Shown here piece by piece: positions 56,504 through 64,000 of a stretch of DNA of 64,000 nt. How positions within the stretch are numbered: position 1 is the first letter of the stretch; each line of letters begins with the position of its first letter. A program made the translations under genes and the position numbers. The notes under the pieces are model-generated. The model worked only from the letters and a program-made list of their open reading frames with translations, was not told the DNA's origin and searched no databases. The stretch comes from Thermoplasmatales archaeon (GTDB lineage Archaea; Thermoplasmatota; Thermoplasmata; Thermoplasmatales; GCA-001856825), in NCBI GenBank assembly GCA_027343225.1, contig DAHWMK010000022.1, positions 6,849 to 70,848 of the forward strand, given 5' to 3'.

Positions 56504-57372
56504 TCACCACCCTTGAAACTGAATATCTTCTTATCCGCAATAACTCTGGGAAGGAAGTCAAAGCTTTCCGTGTTTGCAACTATCAGTCTATCGAATTCAT
56601 TGGAAAATGGCCTCATTTTTTGAACAACTTCGCCACTAATCTTAGTGGATAAAGCATCTATTATCTTCACACCAGGTACCTCGCAATATCTTGCATAGGC
56701 ATACGGGTTATTTCCAATGATAGAGAAGAATTTCTTTCCCCCAATCGTATCGAAATTTCCAGCGTCTCCGCTGATTACCAGGAACGTAGTGGTTGCATCA
56801 TTGATGTCACTATACACGGAGAAATCCTTAGACTCGAACGGCTCATATATTAGTAGCTTCTTGATTCTAAGATTCTTGATTATCTCTAGATACCTCTCCT
56901 TCAACTGATTCTTGACTCCTGACACTTCTCCCATAACCCTGCTCATGGTAAGGAAGGAATTTATTCCTGGTAAAAAGTGAAGATATGACTCGCTTTCCAG
57001 TTCGTGATACACTGGAAACGGGGGGTTCTCTTCAACCTCCCTAAAGGAGTTCATTTCACCAAGTTTTCCAATCCGTTCTATCTCTGGTTCTCTGTAGAAT
57101 GTATTTGTTGTCTTGTACCTGGTTAGGGGACCAAGCGTTATTCCCTCTATCGATAGAGCGATTGGGCGCAGGATATCGTACCAGTTAAACAGTGGGTCCG
57201 TGAAATAATTCAAGGATGCCTCTTTAACCAGATCATAATAGACGAACGACTCTTCCTCTATCTTTTTAGAAATCTCATCTGCATTCATCTGACCTTTCTC
57301 CCATTTCCCGTAAGCTTTCCTCAAGTTTTCAGATCTAGGATAGATACCGTATAGTAACGAAATCAATTCCAT
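56500..57372 (-). CDS. MetE N-terminal-domain-like protein (non-catalytic half of split methionine synthase)
   Basis: 290 aa, beginning LLYGIYPRSENLRKA as MetE-fold halves do and lacking the Zn motifs. GGAGTGA SD upstream; translationally coupled to 55493..56503. Confidence 0.6.
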   Translation of the reverse strand: MELISLLYGIYPRSENLRKAYGKWEKGQMNADEISKKIEEESFVYYDLVKEASLNYFTDPLFNWYDILRPIALSIEGITLGPLTRYKTTNTFYREPEIERIGKLGEMNSFREVEENPPFPVYHELESESYLHFLPGINSFLTMSRVMGEVSGVKNQLKERYLEIIKNLRIKKLLIYEPFESKDFSVYSDINDATTTFLVISGDAGNFDTIGGKKFFSIIGNNPYAYARYCEVPGVKIIDALSTKISGEVVQKMRPFSNEFDRLIVANTESFDFLPRVIADKKIFSFKGGE

Positions 57373-57396
57373 TTAGCTTCACTCCTCTGTTCTTTC

Positions 57397-57416
57397 TCTG
57401 ATGTCCCAACATCAGA
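57397..57416. promoter_or_regulatory. Perfect 8-bp palindrome/hairpin TCTGATGT-CCCA-ACATCAGA, 25-44 nt upstream of the split-metE operon start
   Basis: Seen directly. It lies just 5' of the GGAGTGA ribosome-binding site on the minus strand. Confidence 0.3.
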
Positions 57417-57571
57417 ACTCATTGGTAAATTTGTTAATGGTCTATATGATATTAAATATTCTTAATTCCGGGAGAGAATACTAAGTTTCATCCTCGAGAA
57501 AATTCGAATGGAATTTTCAAAACAAGGAAATTCAGCGAGATATGTGTCCAAGGGCATACAAACAAACTACC

Positions 57572-59293
57572 TCATTTGACCTTGTCTCCCATGATCTTAA
57601 GCGTACTTCTGGAGCTCAACATTGCGAGAGAAGATATTACAAGAAGACCGGCAAGAAGTGCAATGACGACCAACTCAAAGAGTGAAGGCGGATCCCCGCT
57701 TATTCCCTGACTATTAAGAGACTTTATGCTGCTCATCGAAGCCTTGACGACTCCAAGATCTGTGCTGATCGACGCGGTATTATTAGAAACGTTTGTTATC
57801 GTTCCGTTTATGTTCCCCAAAGAAGTCTCTATCTCGGCATAGGTACCGTTTAGCCATGGTATGCCGCTGTTTGAAGAGAATATGCTCGTATTAAGATCGC
57901 TCAGGGATGCATTCAACTCTCCCGCGTATGTCATTATTTCTGCTGTGTATCCGGACACCTTTACGATCGTAGAGTTGAGTGTCTTCAGTGAAACTTGAAG
58001 CACTCCAATCGAGGTATTCATATCCACCATACCTTGGTGGATCGCGTAAATCGAAGCGTTGATGGAGTTCAACGAGGTGGTAATCGAACCTAGATCCGTC
58101 TTGATCACTGCATTTGACCCGTTCATTCCTTCGAATGACGCGTTAAGGGAATTCAGGGAGGTAGTTATTTTACCGATGTCTGTCGTTATCTGGACCTGTC
58201 CTGCGCTTATCGAGGTGATAGTGGTGCTGAGAGATGTCAAAGAGGTCTGCAGAACTCCAATGTTAGTTGTTATCGTGGCCTGACCATTTGAAATACTTGT
58301 GACAGTAGCGTTTATTTCACTGAGTTTTGTCAACATTGTTCCAAAGGATGTCTGAAGGGTCGCTACGTCACCGTTAATGGAAATAACCGCTGCATTGAGT
58401 TGAGAGATTGGTATGGAAAGAGTTTGATTAAGAGAGTTAGTAATCTCAGCAATTTGATTAGAAGTTATTCCCATTATGTATGCTCCATTTCCTTGAACTA
58501 GGGTGATTCTAAAATTAGTCGAAATCAATATTGGAGGACTAGAGCTAATGTGAGAAGAAGAAGTAATATAAGTAATGGAAGCACTGATATACGGTGGAGT
58601 TGTATTCGTATTCGTAGATTCGACACTTTCAAATAATGTAAAATTTACCTTTAGGACTCCGTTACTTAATACCCAAGAATTGACTTGTGTGGAAGCAATG
58701 GAAGCGGATTTAGGATTTACCGGATAGAGGGAAATCTCACTTGCATTATAACTAGATAAGAAGGAAGCACTTCCAGCAATCATATATTCGTTCCCCGGAG
58801 AAGCTGTCCAGATGCTCATCCAGATTGGCCCATTACTATACAAAATACTATTAGTGGTGGTTGTGATATTTGAATAGCTAAACGCTATTAATTGGTATGC
58901 TACATCCCACCACATTCCTGGCTGATCATTTGGCATCACAAATGAAAACAGCAGATAGTAGCCAGCAGGACTCAGGGAAGTTGAGTACGTGGGAAACACA
59001 TCAACGGTCTCGTACGAAGAGCCGTTAAGGGTGACAGTAACTTCATAATAATCTGCCGATGGACTGGTAGCACCAAGAAAATATGACTCGTTTATCAACT
59101 GCCCTGGAAAGACATTCAAGGGTCCGTCCTGAACTGGACTCAATGATGCTACCTGCAGACTCTGAACAGCAGACTTATTTTCAGGTCCTTCGTAAGAAAG
59201 GTACAACCCAATACTTCCAAAAACAATGACTAATATCAGGAGAGAAAATATAGTCTTCTTGACGTTCTCATTTGGCATTTCTTGGCCCCTCAA
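57572..59293 (-). CDS. Large surface protein: N-terminal TM/signal anchor, Thr/Ser/Asn-rich ectodomain with about 8 tandem 28-aa repeats, C-terminal TM anchor
   Basis: N-terminal IFSLLILVIVFGSIGLYLS, C-terminal LFELVVIALLAGLLVISSLAML followed by basic residues. Roughly twenty N-x-S/T sequons by eye. Repeats at aa 299-526 (nt 57716-58399). Confidence 0.75.
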   Translation of the reverse strand: MRGQEMPNENVKKTIFSLLILVIVFGSIGLYLSYEGPENKSAVQSLQVASLSPVQDGPLNVFPGQLINESYFLGATSPSADYYEVTVTLNGSSYETVDVFPTYSTSLSPAGYYLLFSFVMPNDQPGMWWDVAYQLIAFSYSNITTTTNSILYSNGPIWMSIWTASPGNEYMIAGSASFLSSYNASEISLYPVNPKSASIASTQVNSWVLSNGVLKVNFTLFESVESTNTNTTPPYISASITYITSSSHISSSPPILISTNFRITLVQGNGAYIMGITSNQIAEITNSLNQTLSIPISQLNAAVISINGDVATLQTSFGTMLTKLSEINATVTSISNGQATITTNIGVLQTSLTSLSTTITSISAGQVQITTDIGKITTSLNSLNASFEGMNGSNAVIKTDLGSITTSLNSINASIYAIHQGMVDMNTSIGVLQVSLKTLNSTIVKVSGYTAEIMTYAGELNASLSDLNTSIFSSNSGIPWLNGTYAEIETSLGNINGTITNVSNNTASISTDLGVVKASMSSIKSLNSQGISGDPPSLFELVVIALLAGLLVISSLAMLSSRSTLKIMGDKVK

Positions 59294-59460
59294 TAAAATG
59301 AGGCCCCAGATATATAATTGAATTTGTCTTTCATTACGTAACGATAAATCGGGTCGGGATATCTAGCATCATCAGTTATATAATAGTCGGACTGATAATT
59401 TGTCTAGTAATGATACTATTTACAATCATCAAAGCTTATCTTGGGGCAATCAATTAACGG

Positions 59461-60654
59461 GTGATTCAAATGATTGATAGGAACTATTTTATTGACTTGT
59501 ACTCGAAAATGATCACCATAAATTCTGTTAATCCGTCAGGTGGAGGTAAAGGGGAGGCAGAACGAGCTGAATTTCTTAAGAATGAGATATTGAAATGGAG
59601 CAAACAGCTAAAATTTGAGGAATATGTGGCCAATTCTGATGGAATTAAGAGACCCAACCTTCTGTTTTTATTTGAAACTGGAAAGGAGAAGACCATCTGG
59701 TTTGTCGCCCACATGGACACAGTTAGCGAAGGTGACCTGAGCCTATGGAAGTATCCACCTTTCAAGGCGACGATAGAAGGGGATAAGATATACGGGAGAG
59801 GTACTTGTGACAACGGACAAGGAGGCATTTCTTCCCTCATAGCCTTGCGCTACTTCCTGGATCATCCTCAAGAAATGAAAAGCAACATTGGTGTCATCAT
59901 GGTTTCAGATGAGGAAGCTGGTAGCACCTATGGCATCGATTACGTCCTTAAAGAAAGAAAATTTACGAAGAACGACAAGTTTATCGTACCCGATTTCGGA
60001 ACCCCCGACGGTAGTTCTGTAGAGATCGCAGAAAAGGGGCTTATATGGCTTAAGATCACAGTAATCGGCAAGCAGTGTCATGCTTCCACTCCTGAGGCAG
60101 GAAAGAATGCGCACCGGCTGGCCAGAGAATTGGAGTCAAAGATTGACGAAAACCTTCATTCGAAGTTCAACGCGACCGATCCCTTATTCAATGGGCCAAA
60201 AAGCACATTTGAACCGACAAAGGTAGAGCCCGGTACAACGTCCGTCAACATCATTCCAGGAAAGGAAAGTTTCTATTTTGATATGAGAATTCTCCCGAAA
60301 TACACTCTGGAAGAAGTTTTCAATGAGGTCAAGAGGACGTGCGACGAATTTACAAGAGAATCCGGCGCAGATGTCTTACTCGAATCCATAAACACGGCGA
60401 AGCCGTCTGCAAACACCCCGGAAGGCGAAGATTTCGTCAAGAAGTTCAAGGAAAGTATCAAGAAAATTAGGGGAATTGAAGTGAAAAGCGTAGGAATAGG
60501 AGGAGGTACCTGCGGGGCATTCTTCAGAAACCAAGGATTCGATACCATAGTCTGGGGGACACTTGATGAAACTGAGCATATGCCAAACGAGTACGCGAAA
60601 CTATCGAACGTCTTCGGTGACGCAGAGGTCTTCATAGATTTCATCAAGAGGTAG
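59461..60654 (+). CDS. M20-family metallopeptidase (ArgE/DapE/succinyl-diaminopimelate desuccinylase-like)
   Basis: VAHMDTV, GRGTCDNGQG, SDEEAGS and HMPNEY motifs. GTG 59461 or ATG 59470 start. Confidence 0.8.
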   Translation: MIQMIDRNYFIDLYSKMITINSVNPSGGGKGEAERAEFLKNEILKWSKQLKFEEYVANSDGIKRPNLLFLFETGKEKTIWFVAHMDTVSEGDLSLWKYPPFKATIEGDKIYGRGTCDNGQGGISSLIALRYFLDHPQEMKSNIGVIMVSDEEAGSTYGIDYVLKERKFTKNDKFIVPDFGTPDGSSVEIAEKGLIWLKITVIGKQCHASTPEAGKNAHRLARELESKIDENLHSKFNATDPLFNGPKSTFEPTKVEPGTTSVNIIPGKESFYFDMRILPKYTLEEVFNEVKRTCDEFTRESGADVLLESINTAKPSANTPEGEDFVKKFKESIKKIRGIEVKSVGIGGGTCGAFFRNQGFDTIVWGTLDETEHMPNEYAKLSNVFGDAEVFIDFIKR

Positions 60655-61059
60655 AATCGTCTTTAAGACGAGTCATAAAGGAAGATTCTAAATCTGACTC
60701 CTGTGAAATGATTTTAGATGTCCTGTAACTTCAACTCACTTGGAGGACTACATTTCCTTGCATTTTTGATACCTTTGTCCTACTGGAACGCCTTCTGACA
60801 CCCATGAATTCTATTCAGCATTTTCTTAAGCAAATTCTTACGCAATGCATCCGTCCAGAATACCTTACTTTTTTTTAAGAAACCGGACCAATAAATCGGT
60901 CGATAAAAATCAGAATAGCTGATAGTTTGCTATAAAGGCCATTTGTGACTATAAGGTAACTCGAGTTGCTAGGGAACTATTTTCATTAAATTTTTAAGTT
61001 CAAAAGCGATACGGAAATAGCAGTTCCTAAACGGGTACTTGCGAAGGTGATAACTACCT

Positions 61060-61833
61060 ATGAATACGGCTGAGCGGAGGATTTCTCAGCTTGAAAAATT
61101 ACTAAAGAGGGAAAAAGAGACAAACAGAGACGGGCATAATGATTTTAAGATTGGGCAGACGGAGTTTGAACTTTCACAACTCTACAGACTCTCCGGTGTC
61201 GTCGATAAGTCAAAACAGATGCTGAACGATGCATTCTCCATCCTGCAAGATCCCTACTGCAAGAAGGGTAAAAGGACGGAAAAACTACTGAGCGTGATAT
61301 CTTTTTACATCAACAATCCAACGGCTCCTCCACTGGTCCAGCTCCCTCCATTGCTCAAATACTTCGGTCCCCTGATTATGCTAGCAGGCTATGTTATTGC
61401 ATATCTTGCGTACTTCGTAGGTAGACTTTCCTACACCAGTTTTTTCATAGCCATTTTTGGAGTTTTCCTTGCGAGCATGTTCGCGACTGGAATAGCGAGT
61501 TCTTCTTATGCCAGAAGGATCAGAAGGGAGTATGCATATAGCCCCTCATATTTACCTGGAAGTGCGGAAATAAGACCGGGAGGAGAAGAAAGAACCCCCG
61601 ATGATGTTGTGGATGATGCAAGGGCAGAACTAGCACTTGCTAGCATGTTTTATTCTACAAAGAATTTCAAGGAAATGGAATCCCACTTGGAAAGGGCAAA
61701 AGCATTCCTGAGTGATCCACTATCGGATAGATCAGCAAAGAAAGAACAGGCAATATTATCCCTGAACAAGCTTGAAAATGAAACCAAGGGAAAAGGGATT
61801 TTAAGAGAGAAGGCTCATATTCCATTCTTTTGA
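61060..61833 (+). CDS. Hypothetical membrane protein (helical N- and C-terminal soluble regions flanking 2 TM segments)
   Basis: 257-aa ORF. The central LIMLAGYVIAYLAYFVG / FFIAIFGVFLASMFATGIA segments are hydrophobic. No motifs. Confidence 0.5.
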   Translation: MNTAERRISQLEKLLKREKETNRDGHNDFKIGQTEFELSQLYRLSGVVDKSKQMLNDAFSILQDPYCKKGKRTEKLLSVISFYINNPTAPPLVQLPPLLKYFGPLIMLAGYVIAYLAYFVGRLSYTSFFIAIFGVFLASMFATGIASSSYARRIRREYAYSPSYLPGSAEIRPGGEERTPDDVVDDARAELALASMFYSTKNFKEMESHLERAKAFLSDPLSDRSAKKEQAILSLNKLENETKGKGILREKAHIPFF

Positions 61834-61868
61834 GAATAGGGTTTCCTGAATTTATCTATGGAGCTTGA

Positions 61869-62324
61869 TCACTTGGCCCTGAGCGAATTAAGAGATTTCA
61901 GGGCAACATCCGCATGGTTCGAGGCATTCAGTTGTGAGTTGTAGACTTCTTCAATTGTACCATCTGTGTCAATTACGAAAGTGATGCGCGGTGGAATAAG
62001 CGTCCCGGTCACTCCGTAGGCCCTTCTAATCTCTTTTCTCTCATCGGAAATGAGTGTGAATTGGAGGTTCCTGTTTGATTTGAAATTCTTATGCGATTCG
62101 ACAGAATCTGAGCTAACTCCAAGGACTGTTGCACCCAGTTTCTTAATGTCATCCCATCTGTCCCTGAAGGAGCAGGCCTCTGCTATGCATCCGGGTGTTT
62201 CATCCTTTGGATAAAAGTAGAGGACAACAGGGCCTTCTTTCAATTTAACACTGAGGGATATGCTCTCTCCGCTATCGGTTGTTCCGGTGAAGTCAGGTGC
62301 CTTATCCCCAATTTTCAAGGACAT
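61869..62324 (-). CDS. bcp: Peroxiredoxin, Bcp type
   Basis: VVLYFYPKDETPGCIAEACSFRD contains the peroxidatic PxxxTxxC motif with the second Cys five residues later, as in Bcp/PrxQ. Confidence 0.88.
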   Translation of the reverse strand: MSLKIGDKAPDFTGTTDSGESISLSVKLKEGPVVLYFYPKDETPGCIAEACSFRDRWDDIKKLGATVLGVSSDSVESHKNFKSNRNLQFTLISDERKEIRRAYGVTGTLIPPRITFVIDTDGTIEEVYNSQLNASNHADVALKSLNSLRAK

Positions 62325-62740
62325 AAGACCAAAAATTAGGCTCAGTATTTAGCTCTGTTGTAGGGTCACTTACAATTTTAGGCAAACCTACGACACCCTT
62401 TTAAGTATCGATATAATAATAAAAGGTGAAATGATGATTAGGAAGCTGGTACGCATAGTTCCTCCCCCGTCAGCCTCCAGTCCCCCCGATTCGATGTCGA
62501 GCTCAGATTCAACTTTCGTTTCACCGCTACTAGGGATAAGGAAATCATATCTCACGTGGAGGAGCTGATGAAACCTGAAAAGGGATAGATTACGATTTCC
62601 AACCCTAACAAACATGAGCCCATCGATGCACTTGTTTCTGATGGTTTATAGGACAGATCGAGAATCCAGAACAGACTGTCATTCATTATACCTACCGCTG
62701 CGGGAAATGAGTTTGTACTCGAATTCTGGAGGGAGGATAT

Positions 62741-64000
62741 ATGGATTTGAGTAAAGGAACCTGGAGTTTCGACAGACTGGGAAGAGTCCACTACATTATC
62801 AGAAGGTACCCACTACCAGTCCTTTCTTTCATGGGGCTCCTAATCGGGGGTATTCTGACGGTTATCTTTGGAGATCCTCTCCTGGGTAAATGGGTATGGT
62901 ATGCTACAGTGATCATTGGAGGTCTTCCTGTCGTAGCCAAGACTGCAATAAGTGTATCGAAGCGCAAATTTTCTGCAGACATTATAGCTTCTCTCGCTAT
63001 CATCACTGCCATTCTGACCGATGAGGCATTCGCGGGAATAATAATAGTCCTCATGCAGACCGGAGGGGAAGCAATAGAGGACTATGGGTTCAGGAGAGCT
63101 TCTTCTTCACTTGAGGAGTTGATCTCGAGAGCTCCCAGAATGGCCAGGAGAAAATTGAATAGTATCGTGGAAGAAGTAAAAATTGAGGACGTGAAGGTAG
63201 GAGACATTTTAATGGTGAGGCCAGGTGATCTAGTCCCAGTTGACGGTCAAGTAAATGAAGGGGTGGCAGCACTTGATGAATCTGCAGTTACGGGAGAACC
63301 AATGCCGGTTACCAAGAAAGTCGGTGACCAACTCCTGAGTGGGACTGTAAATGTCGGATCGGCATTTGAGATGCTTGCAACCAGAGTAAGTTCAGAAAGC
63401 GAATATTCAAAGATAGTCGACTTAGTGAGAAGAGCCCAGTCAGAGAAATCTGCTATTCAACGAATCGCAAACAGGTACGCCGTATGGTTCACCCCTCTCA
63501 CTGTCTTGGTTGCTGTGTTGTCATATGCTCTGTCAAGGAATGTGGACACCCTCCTCGCGGTACTCGTAGTGGCAACCCCCTGTCCGCTAATACTCGCGAC
63601 TCCCATCGCGGTCATAAGTGGAGTGAATAGGGCAGCAAAGGCTGGGGTCATTGTCAAGAGCGGTTCAGCGATGGAGCAGATCGGAAGAGGGAGGGTAGCC
63701 ATATTTGATAAGACTGGAACGCTAACGTACGGAACCCCAGATTTCACGCAGGTGATCACGTTTGAAGGGGAAGAAGACGAAATGCTCAAGATTGCTGCAA
63801 GTCTTGAACAACTGTCGTCTCATCCTGTTGCAGTTGCAATAGCGAGGGAGGGAAGGAGGAGATTTGGAGAACTCTTGCAGGTGACGGATTTTATGGAAAA
63901 CCCTGGTAGAGGAGTAGAAGGAAGAATAAATGGGAAGCACATAGCGGTAGGGTCCCAGACTTTCATAGAAACTTCCATCCACAAAACGCTCAATAGAGAG
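62741..64000 (+). CDS. P1B-type heavy-metal-translocating ATPase, N-terminal about 420 aa (3' end beyond window); TPCP transmembrane motif
   Basis: Not in the supplied ORF track because it has no stop in the window. My own translation from ATG 62741 gives MDLSKGTWSFDRLGRV.... It contains the actuator motif AVTGEP, TM motif VVATPCPLILATP (63575-63586 = TPCP) and phosphorylation motif FDKTGTLT (63707-63721 = DKTGT). It has no N-terminal CxxC metal-binding domain. Confidence 0.9.
   Translation, partial: MDLSKGTWSFDRLGRVHYIIRRYPLPVLSFMGLLIGGILTVIFGDPLLGKWVWYATVIIGGLPVVAKTAISVSKRKFSADIIASLAIITAILTDEAFAGIIIVLMQTGGEAIEDYGFRRASSSLEELISRAPRMARRKLNSIVEEVKIEDVKVGDILMVRPGDLVPVDGQVNEGVAALDESAVTGEPMPVTKKVGDQLLSGTVNVGSAFEMLATRVSSESEYSKIVDLVRRAQSEKSAIQRIANRYAVWFTPLTVLVAVLSYALSRNVDTLLAVLVVATPCPLILATPIAVISGVNRAAKAGVIVKSGSAMEQIGRGRVAIFDKTGTLTYGTPDFTQVITFEGEEDEMLKIAASLEQLSSHPVAVAIAREGRRRFGELLQVTDFMENPGRGVEGRINGKHIAVGSQTFIETSIHKTLNRE

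Noticed and set aside
62388-63982. Minus-strand ORFs 62388..62615, 62552..62791, 62791..63054, 63090..63272, 63457..63789 and 63722..63982
   Set aside because: From 62741 onward the plus strand encodes an unmistakable P-type ATPase (TGE, TPCP and DKTGT motifs), so these are antisense artefacts. The two ORFs in the 62325-62740 gap have implausible low-complexity translations.
1-64000. CRISPR arrays, rRNA genes, integrases or prophage blocks, and known defence-system signatures (restriction-modification, toxin-antitoxin pairs, reverse transcriptases)
   Set aside because: I saw no regularly spaced direct repeats, no rRNA-like conserved stretches, no integrase next to either tRNA gene, and no nuclease/ATPase/RT combinations typical of defence islands. 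The only methyltransferase (51633..52325) is a small class I enzyme in a housekeeping-like operon.

Overview
The window looks like an archaeal chromosomal segment. It has an archaeal-type str cluster (S12, S7, EF-2, then EF-1alpha, S10), ribosomal protein L15e, the archaeal thiolase/HMG-CoA synthase/DUF35 trio, AT-rich TATA-like promoter boxes and GGAGGTGA-like ribosome-binding sites. The gene content suggests a Thermoplasmata-like heterotroph, but that is inference only and no search was run. I can support about 65 protein genes and two tRNAs, Asp-GUC and Leu-CAA. I found no rRNA and no CRISPR array. Most genes are ordinary housekeeping or catabolic functions:
- amino-acid and peptide catabolism: DAO-family oxidase, ornithine cyclodeaminase-like gene, APC permease, two M20 hydrolases, an S9 peptidase, glycine dehydrogenase subunits 1 and 2
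- a split MetE, plus several transporters: two EamA, an MFS, an ABC pair, and a P1B ATPase running off the 3' edge
- redox enzymes: AKR, SDR, Zn-ADH, 2-hydroxyacid dehydrogenase, pirin, Bcp

The most interesting feature is a roughly 9-kb, same-strand, translationally coupled eight-gene cluster at 37685-46748. It joins a four-subunit 2-oxoacid:ferredoxin oxidoreductase to a 1128-aa tandem HdrA-HdrA-ferredoxin-MvhD fusion, a soluble HdrD-like CCG protein and EtfA/EtfB. I read this as a candidate uncharacterised flavin-based electron-bifurcating or confurcating module.

The only clearly accessory region is 33.6-36.8 kb. It holds an IS5-like transposase with an in-frame TAG, three copies of a terminal-repeat-like sequence and a frameshifted amidohydrolase. 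Other points worth a second look:
- a homopolymer frameshift in the cyclodeaminase-like gene
- a doubly membrane-anchored, sequon-rich surface protein with about 8 tandem 28-aa repeats
- a TPCP-motif (P1B-5-like) metal ATPase
- a 125-nt convergent overlap between a Zn-ribbon ORF and a Toprim ORF

All functional calls come from reading the translations by eye. No database or HMM search was possible.
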